A stretch of DNA of 64,000 nt from Lingula anatina (lineage: Eukaryota > Animalia > Brachiopoda), in NCBI GenBank assembly GCA_051362555.1, contig CM120642.1, positions 3,100,001-3,164,000 on the forward strand, read 5' to 3'. Of this stretch, positions 26,605 to 40,700 are shown piece by piece. The notes under the pieces are model-generated. The model ran no database searches, was not told where the DNA came from, and was given only the letters and a program-made list of their open reading frames with translations. Positions within the stretch are counted from its first letter, which is position 1. Each line of letters opens with the position of its first letter. Both the position numbers and the translations under genes were made by a program.

Positions 26605-28886
26605 AGATTCATTGCCATAGTTCAAATAAATGAATTACATAATACCTTCATATTTTATTCTCTTGACACTGCTCTTGGATCCTGAATTTATGATAATATG
26701 ATAAGATAATAATTATTTATCATATTCATACATAGTATAAAATGAAAATCTCTGTCATCTATCATCAAACTGAATTTGTACATTATTATTATAATTTTGT
26801 GATAATAAGTTTTTGGAAAGATTTAATGTTTTATTTACAAGAGCCAGAAAATAAGCAATGTGCTGTATTGGGGGGAGGGGGGGGGGCATGTCTTTTGACC
26901 TTTCTCTATGTGACACCCAATGTGAGATACAGCAACTAACCATTACCAAGTTGCAATAGAATTTGATTAATAGATTATAACACCTTGAACATGTTCCCCA
27001 CCCCATCCAGCATTTTTCTCAGGCTAGGGCCAAGTACATTTACCCTCTTGGATTTGAGCATGTGTCACTTCCAATACACAGACTTTCCTTTCCCCACCCC
27101 AACATGATGAATTTCACCCTTCAGGTATGCCTTTTTAATTTCTCAATTTTATGCCTGACTGTAAGCATGTGTTCATGACACTTGGTCTTTAACTTAAGTC
27201 ATTTAAATAATTAACACCAACCTTGCATGTCTTTAAGTCATCTAACTAATTAACACCAACCTTGCATGTCTTTAAGTCATCTAACTAATTAACACCAACC
27301 TTGCATGTCTTTAAGTCATCTAACTAATCAACACCAACCTTGCATGTCTTTAAGTCATCTAAATAATTAACACCAACCTTGAATGTCTTTACGTCATCTA
27401 AATAATTAACACCAACCTTGCATGTCTTTAAGTCATCTAAATAATTAACACTAACCTTGCATGTCTTTAAGTCATCTAAATAATTAACACCAACCTTGCA
27501 TGTCTTTAAGTCATCTAACTAATTAACACCAACCTTGCATGTCTTTAAGTCATCTAACTAATTAACACCAACCTTGCATGTCTTTAAGTCATCTAACTAA
27601 TCAACACCAACCTTGCATGTCTTTAAGTCATCTAAATAATTAACACCAACCTTGCATGTCTTTAAGTCATCTAAATAATTAACACCAACCTTGCATGTCT
27701 TTAAGTCATCTAAATAATTAACACTAACCTTGCATGTCTTTAAGTCATCTAAATAATTAACACCAACCTTGCATGTCTTTAAGTCATCTAAATAATTAAC
27801 ACCAACCTTGCATGTCTTTAAGTCATCTAACTAATTAACACCAACCTTGCATGTCTTTTTTTCTTTTTTTCCTGGCCCTCTTTTCTAATCGCTGCATGCG
27901 TTTTTCAGCTTCCTCAATGGTATCACATAATCTGGGGCATTCAGCATTCTTGAGCAGCTTCTTAAGATCATCATAATTTCCCAAAGTGATGATTCTTTTT
28001 TCTTCAAGGCGATTGAGAAGTGCCAGCTTGTCATTTTCTTCTGATACACTAGCCCCTTATGGCGTCCTTAGATGTTGTTTGATATTTTTAAAGTCATCAG
28101 TTGTAAGCTCATCTTTTATTCTTGTGAGCAACTTATCATGTACTTCTTGTAAACTTTCGCACTTGCCATATAATCCAGTACTGTCAGTGGTAAGGTAATC
28201 CATGTCTGTTCAATTAAATAACTGCAAGAGAGGTCAATAATAAAGTTAGGTTGATTTGTGACCTGTTATACTCACATTAATTTTTCTTTGATCGGGTGAT
28301 TTCCCTGTTGCCCTATGTGCTGGAAAAAACACCTTCATTTCAGTTTCATAAACCAAAAAAAATCCCCTTCCTATTTTAATTAGGCATGGCAGGTTTTCTC
28401 AACTGTCACATTGGTGTTTCAGGTGTGATATGTCAACAATTGAGAAAGGTTTTGTTTGTTTATAGTAATTTGGAAAAAAAATGCATAGATTTATTTAAAA
28501 TCTGAAGTTAGTGTTCGGTATATATGGAAATGAAAACAAAAAAAATTGATTCAGAATAGGTTGTCTCCTGTTCTAATACATGTTTAAAGTGAATGCATCA
28601 CACACTGGGATAGATTAGCTAGCAATTTTTTGTTGATTTTATTTATTAAAAGACATGTCTAAAAATAAACTAACCAATGCTACTAAAACATATCCTTTTT
28701 CATCCCTGGAGGTGGAACAAAATGACGCCATCGTATATGAATCCACTAAAAGCATGTTATCCCATTTCATTGTCAGCATTATTTTTTAGTATATATTTTA
28801 TTCAGTAGCAAACAAGATACAGTCTTACAATAATTTTTTGCCTATAAATCACACACACTTACACACATGCACTCTCCTAGCTCTCA

Positions 28887-28930
<44 letters not shown>

Positions 28931-31906
28931 AAAAAATATACAGTTACAGTAGTGCACATAAGGATTGAAAGAGGGATTGACCATTCACTGTCACTTAAAA
29001 GTGACATAATATTTGGCTAAACCATTATCTCCATACATTTCTTAAAGTAAATAATTAGTTCATAAAGTTTTATCCTCTCCTATATGGTCTCAAACAACAG
29101 TGTATCAACAGTTAGAGCTACAAGCAGTGGAAAAAAAGACTCACCTTGCTTTTTGCCTGTCTTTCTTTGCTAAACGGTCTGCTACAGTTTATTCTGAAGG
29201 TAGTTCCAGTGTTTGGTTTGTGCTGCAACTTACTAAAATGTTAAACTGAGATATATCAACTTGGTTGAATGACCCAAATTTGTGCTGAAGTTCTTTTTAA
29301 ACAGAGGTCCTCACCACTGCTGGTTTTGAAGTGACATAACTTTCAGTCTTGTGGCTGTTCACATCTGGAGTCTTCATTAAGTGTCTGAATATTTTATACT
29401 ATAATGTGTAAATTTTATAACACTCCCAAGCAAAATGTTGTAAAATCACTACTTTCAGACAAAAGTGGAAATCCCAATTACTATTAATAGTGCATGACAT
29501 ATCAGCATATCATTACCTGTTTGTGATTGTTGGTATAGGATAGTCATGGACTTTGATTACCACAGTTTTACAACAATTGTGATAAGTTTTGAGGGGGGAT
29601 TACAATTTGACAGATATCATAAACCAGTACAACATGATTGATAACAAAATAACATATTATTACATGTACATACCTTCTGTCTGTGTGACAGTGAAAATTC
29701 TCTCTGTTGGTTGGTTTTATATGTTTAACCTTTGAGTGTTGTGAGTCACCACTACACAATATCCAGTATCAGATTATAGTTTTAATCATTTGCTGTTTAG
29801 GCACTATGTTTCATGACAGAGACACGGGCAAAAACCTAAGGTGTTACAAATTACTCTTACAACTATAGGTCAGACCAAGATATAGTTTATACTGAATTCA
29901 AATATCTGTTGAGTCCTTACTGCACTGTTTCTGGTAGTTTTATTTAACTTGGAGTGTATATAAACTGTGCTCATGTGATTGCCCTCAAAATGTGCTCTAA
30001 TTTTTTTCAAAAAATTAATTGAGTACTTTTTTACATTCAGAAGATAAACTTTCCGTTTGCCCTTAACCTTTGTATCTTAATTGGGGGTTGAGGGAAGGGG
30101 GACTGATGGGGTAATTAATTCTGAAAACTCATGTGTTTGTGGTATTTATTTTGAGTTATCGATCAGGACTTTGTTCATGGATAGATTATTAAAATTTTCA
30201 TTTGAATCAAGTTGGTTAAATAGTATGCAATTGGTTGTGGTACAAAATGAAGGAAAATCTGTCTAAAAATGATATCAAAGCTAAAAAAAAACTTTTTTCT
30301 TTCAAAATGCCATGTCTTCTTAACTTGGATGTATGAAAATTTATTTTCTATTTTTAAATAGAAATTTAAATTTCATTGTATGTTTAAAATTTTATATTCC
30401 TTTTTCTTACTAGCCCAGAAGAATCAGCGCAGTGTCCATTGCAGAAAGAGTTGCCAATGAGAGGTCAGAAAACCTTGGTGTGAGTTGTGGCTACAGCGTG
30501 AGATTTGAATCTGTGCTGCCACGACCATATGGTGCCATCTTATACTGTACTGTTGGTAAGATATTTAACTCCATGCTTGTATCATATGGTGTCATCTTAT
30601 ACTGTACTGTTGGTAAGATATTTAACTTTACGTGCTTAAAACACATGTATGCATAATTTTCTTAAAATTAACTTAGAAAGACAGCTGTTTTTATGAAATA
30701 TGGCCTACTATTAAATTTTTTTTATCAACATGACATGTATTGTGTGATGATTACTTATAAATTTGTAAAAAACTGAAAATTGCTATGTTTAGTATTAATG
30801 AAATGTAAAGGCACTGAAGAGAGCATATTATTATGAATTTTTTAATGCAGTCCCTTTATTTCAAGGCACATTACTGAGAAAACTGGAGAATGGTTTGCGA
30901 GGTGTTTCCCATGTTATTGTGGATGAAGTGCATGAAAGGGATCTCAATGTAAGGAATGCTACGTATTAAAATATCTTCACATATTTTAAATAATTAACTT
31001 CTATCAGAAAGAGAGAAAGAGAGAACTCAATTTTGAAACTAAATCTTTTTCTTTACTTTACATCTCACATTTATTTTAAAAATTGAGTGTATTAAAGGGA
31101 TAATAACTCTTCGTTTCGGCCAAAAAATGAATTTTCCTGGAGTAAACAATAATTTTCCCATACTAACCAATGGTTAATGGATCCATTTTTACATTCAAAG
31201 TTAGTCCCTGATTTTTTTCTAAAAAGTTCGGTTTTTGTTTAAATCTCTTAAGAGATTTTAGCAGAGTATAGCCATCAATGGAGGTCACATGGTCTAAAGA
31301 CAAGCTCAGATATCAGAATAATAGCTATAACTGCCGTTTTTGTGGTAAAACAGAATATATTATATTTCTATGAGTTATTCACAAAGTTTTTATTGTGAAA
31401 TATAGATCTCGTACGAAGAGTTATTATCCCTTTTAGCAAATAGTAATGTTATATTTTATTAAATCCAAAAATAAAAAATAAAATGTCATTTTGTAGTTAT
31501 TAGTATTTCCCATTTTACTTGGTTTTATGTTTTTTTTTTTAATGATAGAAATAAAACTTACATTATCATATTTAAAACACTAATAGAGTTTAAAATGTCT
31601 GTTTACAGACTGATTTCTTGATGGTGATGTTACGAGACATGGTCCATGTTTACAAAGATCTCCGTATTGTCATTATGTCTGCCACTGTGGACACAACCTT
31701 ATTCACTGACTACTTTGGCTCAGTGGAAGTTGTAGAAGTTCATGGCAGACTGTTCCCTGTGCAAGGTATTGAGGGTGTAGTCTTGGGGTTACTTGAAAAC
31801 AAGATCAGATAATGTGTTAAGTTTGTGGACTTAGTAGCAGTAAACATTTTCTGTCATTATTACCTCTTGTTTCCTATTTTAATGATGTTGATGCGTGCAC
31901 CCCCCA

Positions 31907-31952
<46 letters not shown>

Positions 31953-32642
31953 CAGATTAGTCTAAAAATTACTGTCTACATGTAAAATAAAGTTGAATAA
32001 ATATCGAACCATCACAATTTCCTGATGCATATATAAACATTATTATTGAAAATACATTATCAGGAAGTTACAGGTTATGGAACATATTTATGATGAACTA
32101 TTATGATGATTACAGACTATTACTTGGAAGATTGTGTCCAGATGTTGAACTTTATTCCTCCACCTTCCAACAAGAAGAAGCGGGACAAAGATGACATTGC
32201 GGATGAAGAAGGGGAGAAAGAGGTAGTCATTGGTTATAGTTTTATCCATTTATTATCCGTAAAAATGTCAAACCTATTAATTCATCATTTGTTTTTATTG
32301 TTACATTTTAGTCTATGTTGTTATGTTATCTTAAGTTATGTTTTATGCTATGTATGCTATGCTATATGTAAGCATATATTGCTATACTATATCCTTCTAC
32401 TACTTAGGAAAATTGCAATATGATGATTTCATCAGATTATAATGACACAACTAGAAGAGCCATGGCCATGCTGAGTGAGAAAGAGATGTCATTTGAACTT
32501 ATTGAGGTGAGTATGATTCTAGTTACAAAGCTAATTTTAGTTGAAAGAAAATTTTGCAAAGCAAATGAAAAAAAATTAAGCCAGTAACGATAATTGATCA
32601 TTTTCCTACTGTAAACAGCAGTGTGTGTGAATGTCTGTCACA

Positions 32643-32711
<69 letters not shown>

Positions 32712-35700
32712 GGAGCTAAATAGTCTAAAGCAGCCAAGTATTCAACCTTAAGGTTGAAACTCATTTGTTTCTTATTCTAATTTTTATACTGCCATTAAAT
32801 CTTTGCCAATTATAAAACTTGGCATTACCATGGGAACAGTAGATACTGATAGAATGCCAAATTTATATGCATTGCAGGTATTGTGTATTATATTATTATA
32901 ATATTGACAATTATGATATATTCCAGGCACTTTGCAAGTATATCAAGAACCTTGGTATCCCTGGTGCCATCTTGATATTTCTCCCAGGGTGGAACCTGAT
33001 ATTTGCCTTACACAGACACCTGTCAGAGCACCCAGAGTTTGGTAAGAGAACAAACAGATACTGATTTTGATTGAAAAAAATTTGATTATTTACATTAGAA
33101 TGTATGTAAAAATTATTTCAGTAAAATGCAAAAATGTTAATTCTGTGTGTTAATTATGTCAACACTTTTGAATTTTAAAAGATTTAACTATATTTACATC
33201 ATTTGGTTTAAACATAAAAGTTTGTTTCTTTCAGGTGGCCCTGCATATCGTCTGCTTCCACTCCATTCCCAAATCCCAAGAGAAGACCAACACAAGGTTT
33301 TTGAGCCAGTACCTGAAGGTGTTACAAAGGTATGGGTAGTTTAATACAAATTGATGTATATCTTTATTAAAGAATGTTACTTTTACATAATTATTGTGAC
33401 AAGGTAAGACCTGTACCCCTGCTCCATGGACCTATCTGTCATCATACTTCACAGATTATGAGCTGTTAGAATTGTGAATTTTGATATGTAATAAGAGCCT
33501 TTTAAGTAATTTGACACGTAATGATATATATTATATTTGTCACCAGTAGTGAAGTTTGGATTAGTGTAGCAAAATATTCTCACTTATTTCAGATCATTCT
33601 GTCCACCAACATTGCTGAGACCAGTATCACAATCAATGATGTTGTTTATGTCATTGACTCTTGCAAGTAAGCTAGTGACAATAGAATTAAGTATGAAAAA
33701 AGTAATGAATTATATAATTAAGAAATGAAGTATGATTTGGTTAAATTTATTTTCAAGTAATAAAATGTTGAAAAGGCAAAGAAATGTGTAATATTCAAAT
33801 AAATTTGATTGTGGCTCTAACACTTGCAATATAAATTTGTATCACTGGCAGAAAAATACAAGTATCACATTGATTTAGTATAAACTATTCCTTTTTAGAG
33901 AATAAATGTAGCTCTGATTTGTCTCCAATGACACAAAATGAGCACCATTTTTCAGTTTGAAATATCCATATCTATAACAATGTCAAAATTGTGCCAGCTA
34001 ACATCTCATACAAATGTTTTTTTTTTTTCCAGAGCCAAAATGAAGCTGTTTACATCCCATAATAACATGACCAACTATGCCACTGTGTGGGCCTCCAAGA
34101 CAAACCTAGAACAAAGGAGGGGGAGGGCAGGACGTGTAAGACCAGGGTTCTGCTTCCACTTGTGTAGTAGAGCCAGATATGAAAGGTATGGGATAGACAA
34201 AGAGATTAGTTGTACAACTATCAAAGTAAGACATTCTATGAATGATTGACAGTTTAACAGTTTTTCTCATTTGATACTTGAAATTGCTTTTTGGGATATT
34301 TTCATTGATGAGATCATATTGTATGGCATTAAGTAATATATCATTGATTAATTAATATATGAATTATAAAAAATAAAAGCTGTTCATTTAAATTAATTTT
34401 ATTTGTTTTAATTGTGTTTCGAAAAAGTAATATAAAAGCATCTAAAGCTTTTTGAAAATTTGATGACCATTTTGCCAAATTTAGATTAGAACAGCACACA
34501 ACCCCTGAGATTTTCCGTACACCACTTCATGAATTGGCACTGAGCATCAAGTTACTGAGGCTTGGAGAGATTGGTCCTTTCTTGGCCAAAGCTGTGGAAC
34601 CACCACCTATTGATGCAGTCATTGAAGCTGAAGCCTTACTGAAAGGTTTGCTATGCTTGGGTGTGCCTTTAGCAAACTGTCATGCACGTTTTTTTTTTTT
34701 ACTTATTTATAATAACACAGGATGCCTATTCATATATTGTCTCAACATAAACAGAGTCATGTCAAATACTGAAACTAACTTCAACTAAAAAAGAAACATA
34801 GTTTTTGTTGTTTCTTATAGGTTATCAAAAATGTTTTTGAAAACTCTGTATTTAATGTCTAAATTTTAGAGATGGGTGCCTTGGACAGGAACAATGAGTT
34901 GACCCCTCTTGGGAGAATCCTGGCCAAGTTGCCAATAGAGCCCAGACTGGGAAAGATGATCATTTATGGCTGTATCTTTTAGTAGGTCCACTTGTGTGTG
35001 TGTGTGTGTGTGTGCGTGCGTGTGCGTGCATGCGCATGTGTGTGTGTGCTTTTGTACAATTAAACGTGCCTGTGCACATGCATTTTATATATTGTTTTAA
35101 TCTTTGATGGCTTTAAATTAATGATACTGATACATCTTGATGCATAATGCCATATTGCAGCTTTATCATTGATGTTGGCATTAATAACAGTATTGTCAAT
35201 AATGTGGTTGTTTTCCTCACAGTACTGACAATAATGTGGTTGTTTTCCTCACAGTACTGACAATAATGTGGTTGTTTTCTTCACAGTACTGACAATAATG
35301 TGGTTGTTTTCCTCACAGTACTGACAATAATGTGGTTGTTTTCCTCACAGTATTGACACTAATGTGGTTGTTTTCCTCATAGTATTGACAATAATGTGGT
35401 TGTTTTCTTCACAGTGTTAACAATAGTGTGGTTGTTTTCCTCACAGTACTGACAATAATGTGGTTGTTTTCTTCACAGCACTGACAATGATATGGTTGTT
35501 TTCCTCACAGCACTGACAATAATGTGGTTGTTTTCTTCACAGTACTGACAATAATGTGGTTGTTTTCCTCACAGTACTGACAATAATGTGGTTGTTTTCC
35601 TCACAGTACTGACAATAATGTGGTTGTTTTCTTCACAGTACTGACAATAATGTGGTTGTTTTCTTCACAGTACTGACAATAATGTGGTTGTTTTCCTCAC

Positions 35701-37671
35701 AGTACTGATAGTAGGCTTGTTAAGGACCAAAAAATGGCCAAACGCTGCATTTTGTAGTACAAATGTCTAACTTGGCATAAATGTTCCTTGGGCCAAAAGA
35801 AAATTTTTTATCCAAAGAGACGCCCTCTATCGATAATTAATTAGCATAAATTATGCAAATTATGTGCCAAAATATATAATATTTCATATTTCCATTAATT
35901 TTTGGCCTAGAAACATGTATAGATTATCAAACCTGACTAAATTAGGGACAAGGAACCCATTTTTGATCATTTGGAAGCAATTGGTGGCCATTTTGTGCCT
36001 CAAATCCAAGATGGCCGCCACCCGCCATTTTGAAAGTGGACATAATTTTGCTATTTTATGTTGAATTTTGAAGCGTTTGGTCTAACTATACTTGATATAT
36101 ATATCGGTTCTTACTATTTTGGGGGTGCAAAAGTCATTTTTGATATTGTTATGGTGATAGTAGGTGATTTGAAGGAACAAAGAGGGTGTTTTAAGTGCCT
36201 ACCAAGATATGTGTGAACGCTGCAAAACCATGGATATTGATAACCCGCATTCAAATATATCTCAATGCAATTTTTTGTTATATACCATCGCTATTGGACT
36301 ATATTATGAGCAAAAAAACACATTTTTACCATTATGGAGGCCATTGGTGGCCGTTTTATCCCTCAAATCCAAGATGGCCGCCAAAAACCATTTTGAAATT
36401 GGGCATAATTCGCTATTTTGAAACTATATGTATTACATCTTTGTTAATGAGTAATACGTTGTTTTATATTATTTTCTGGTGCAGAATATATTTTCTGTTT
36501 CATGAAATGTGAGTACAAACTATTTTAGCCTCCAAAATCAATATGCATGTAGGCTTAAGTTGTCAAATAGACTTACATGTGCCATGTAGTCTAATTAGTA
36601 CAAAATGTTTTATTAAATCCTAAAGAGCTTGAAACAAGCGTCAGAGACCAAAATGGCTTAATTAAAGGTAAAGAACACATACCTGGTGCTTTGAAGACAA
36701 TTGGTAGCCGTTTCGATCCTCAAATCCAAGATGGCCTCCAGTCACAATTTTGAAATACAGGTAAGGCATAACTCATCAATTTGAAGCTATTGCTCTTACA
36801 CTAGCATGTTACATCGTTTCTTATCATTTGGGTTGTAGAAGTCGTGTCTTATCTCTTCTGAGATACAATACAAAAAGAAAATATTTCAAGGCTCCAACAC
36901 CAATACAGGCTTACGTCTTCGCCTTGTATACGTCTTGAAGTCAAATTTGTGCAAAAAATATGTTATATAACAATTATAAAATGGTTTTGCCAGACATAGA
37001 TTAAGTGCAAGAGACCAGCATGGCTGATTCCACTTTATGCTGACTACTGTTAGCTATTCTGTTGTTCATATCCAAGAGCCTGTCACTATTTTAAAATTAT
37101 TATGGCATAATTTACCTTTTTGAGCTGTTGGACTTTCATATATGATCGTAATACATCAAGTGTTACTATTTTGGAAGTACGTAATTAATTTCTGGTGTTA
37201 TTCTGGTGACAGAGGATAATAACAAAGGCATAAGGTGTTTTAAGATGATTCCAAGATGAATTTTCCTGTAGTTGTCATATACTCTAGATGTTTTGTGCTT
37301 GTTCGTCCATTGGAAACAATGAGAACTATGTAGTTGCCTTATGGATTTCTATTGGTAGTGAGATGACTTGTCTGGCCAAATCATGCTAGGAATGATCACT
37401 GGCACTGTCAACTAGGAAAAGAGGCTGCTTCCTCGACTTTTTTGCTTTATCCCTCTTGCCTACCTGCGCAGCTGCTGCTTTCTAGTTGGTTTTGCAGATT
37501 CCTTATTTTGTGTAAAGATACCACTTTCCTCTGATGCGACATGTTCTCATGCATTGATGTTTCTCTGGAAACTGGATTTTAATATATTGTTTGGCTGTTT
37601 CTCATAGGACACTGACAAAACCTCAATTCTTACTGGCTGTTGTCTTACTGGCCTACCAGAGCTGATCATGC

Positions 37672-37727
<56 letters not shown>

Positions 37728-40700
37728 GCTGCTGGATGATTTTGCAGACAAGATCTGGAGCTATTTCAAAGCAAAGTCCATTTGCTTGTCTCTCACGGGC
37801 ATTTTCGCATCAATACCACTAACCAAGTTCCATATAGTATTATAAGACGACACATTTTTCACCCTTCAAATCTTCTGGACTATATTTAACATGCAAATGC
37901 AAGCCCCAGTGACTGGGACATAAATGTACATGTGGCTTTTTGGTTCACATTGACCAGTAAAAGATTAATAATATAATACCACTATGTATATATATTTATT
38001 GCTCACCTTTAAATTGTTCAGTATCTTTTAGTGGATGGTCACTTAAGATAAATCTAAATAATATATTTGAGCATGTGGTTCAGGTTCCACATTTTTGTTA
38101 CAGACTCAACGAAACTCATCTTGGAATTTATTTTACAACCTTATATTACGGTACCTTTTTATTATCTTCTGTCACCAAATTAGCACCGGAAAATTACTTT
38201 TGAGCCCCCAGAATAGTACCATTTTACCTAATACAAGACCACAGTTCAAAGGTTATAAATTACACCAAATTATTAAAATAGCGGCATGCAACCAACACTT
38301 GGTTTTGATCAAAATAATGGCTAACAATTATCCTCATGCGGTCAAAGATGTATTATTTTGCTTTAATGCAGCCATTTTGTTTGCTGACACTTGTTTTATA
38401 GATCGGGCAAAAGCAGTTTTGCACGAATTGGATTACTAATTGTACATATAAACTGCAGGCCCATGTGGCGACTGAATCCTATATTTATTTGGAGGCTTAT
38501 AAAAGTTTCTATTTACATTTTATGAAACCGAAAATGCATTCTGCACCAGGAAATAATCAAAAATGACGTATGGCACGCTTATGAAGGTGTGATAGTTTCA
38601 AAATGGTGAATAATGCTCAATTTGAAAATGGTGTATGAGGGTCATCTTGGATTTGAGGCACAAATTTTATGAAACAAATAATGTATTCTGCACCAGAAAA
38701 TAATGTAAAACAACGTATTACTCATTTACAAAGATGTAATACATATAGTTTCAAAATAGCGAATTATGCCCAATTTCAAAATGGTTTTTGGCGGCCATCT
38801 TGGATTTGAGGGATAAAACGGCCACCAATGGCCTCCATAATGGTAAAAATGTGTTTTTTTGCTCATAATATAGTCCAATAGCGATGGTATATAACAAAAA
38901 ATTGCATTGAGATATATTTGAATGCGGGTTATCAATATCCATGGTTTTGCAGCGTTCACACATATCTTGGTAGGCACTTAAAACACCCTCTTTGTTCCTT
39001 CAAATCACCTACTATCACCATAACAATATCAAAAATGACTTTTGCACCCCCAAAATAGTAAGAATCGATATATATATCAAGTATAGTTAGACCAATCGCT
39101 TCAAAATTCAACATAAAATAGCAAAATTATGTCCACTTTCAAAATGGCGGGTGGCGGCCATCTTGGATTTGAGGCACAAAATGGCCACCAATTGCTTCCA
39201 AATGATCAAAAATGGGTTCCTTGTCCCGAATTTAGTCAGGCTTGATAATCTATACATGTTTCTAGGCCAAAAATTAATGGAAATATGAAATATTATATAT
39301 TTTGGCACATAATTTGCATAATTTATGCTAATTAATGTATCGATAGAGGGCGTCTCTTTGGATAAAAAATTTTCTTTTGGCCCAAGGAACATTTATGCCA
39401 AGTTGACATTTGTACTATAAAATGCAGCGTTTGACCTCTTAACAAGCCTACTATGATAATAATGTGGTTGTTTTCCTCACAGTACTGACAATAATCTGGT
39501 TGTTTTCCTCACAGTACTGACAATAATGTGGTTGTTTTCCTCACAGTGTTAACAATAAGGTGGTTGTTTTCCTCACAGTACTGACAATAATATGGTTGTT
39601 TTCTTCACAGTACTGACAATAATGTGGTTGTTTTCCTCACAGTACTGACAATAATGTGGTTGTTTTCCTCACAGTACTGACAATAATGTGGTTGTTTTCC
39701 TCACAGTGTTGACAATAATGTGGTTGTTTTCCTCACAGTACTGACAATAATGTGGTTGTTTTCTTCATAGTACTGACAATAATGTGGTTGTTTTCCTCAC
39801 AGTACTGACAATAATGTGGTTGTTTTCTTCACAGCACTGACAATAATGTGGTTGTTTTCCTCACAGTGTTGACAATAATGTGGTTGTTTTCCTCACAGTA
39901 CTGACAATAATGTGGTTGTTTTCCTCACAGTGTTGACAATAATGTGGTTGTTTTCCTCACAGTACTGACAATAATGTGGTTGTTTTCCTCACAGTATTGA
40001 CAGTAATGTGGTTGTTTTCCTCACAGTACTGACGATAATGTGGTTGTTTTCCTCACAGTGTTGGTGATGCTGTGTGTACAATTGCTGCAAGCACAACATT
40101 CCCAGAACCATTTGTGACTCCAACTGATCGTAGACGACTTGGATGGATGCATAAAAACCTGGCAGGCACACGGTGCAGTGACCATGTGGCTCTCCTTAAT
40201 GCATTTCAAGCTTGGGAAGAGGCCAGGTAGGCACAAGTCTCACAGATATATTATATCTGTTATTATATTTTTAAAACATTGTATACATTTTGTCATTCAG
40301 ATTGAGAACTGGTAAGCAGAAGTCATTCATCTTTTATTACATTTTCATATCTTTATTAGTATTTTATCATTTACACATTTTCTCAATTTTTGTAAAATGA
40401 ATTTTCGAAAACAATAAAGCATAGTAATTTGTATAAGTTTATATATATGCAGTTGATTGCTAGTTAGCCTAGTATGGGGACCATGATAATATTTTTTTAA
40501 TCAGCAAGGTGGTGGCTGAGTTTTTAACTTTTAAACAGAAATATTCATAATACTTCACCAAGCCTCAATTATAAAATATAGGTTCACCCTTGGTTTCAGG
40601 TCTGGTGGTGAGAACAGTGAGTGGAACTTTTGTGAGCAGAAGAGTTTGTCCATGCCCACTCTAAGAATGACGTGTGAGGCCAAGGTAATGTTATATAACA

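Larger units (their letters stand above)
16449..28203 (-). pseudogene. Nested antisense gene (unit B): DED + TRADD-N-like + death domain + ~21x78-aa helical repeats; disrupted
   Basis: Minus-strand GT-AG exons with compatible phases: 28221-27846 (ATG 28203), 26681-26646, 26185-26108, 25601-25401, 24460-24092, 23632-23466, 23258-23006, 22707-22522, 22327-16449. Lesions: TAA at 28057-28059, +1 in T9 run 19844-19852, +1 near 18327 and near 17225, TAG at 16944-16946. Confidence 0.85.

Noticed and set aside
28057-28059. Stop readthrough or recoding in the DED exon
   Set aside because: TAA is a poor readthrough codon and the same gene copy has four other lesions.
35864-39392. Repeated ORFs MPKYIIFH.../MPTKICVN... 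as a transposase
   Set aside because: Short ORFs inside the TIR arms with no DDE motif. They recur only because the arms are repeated.
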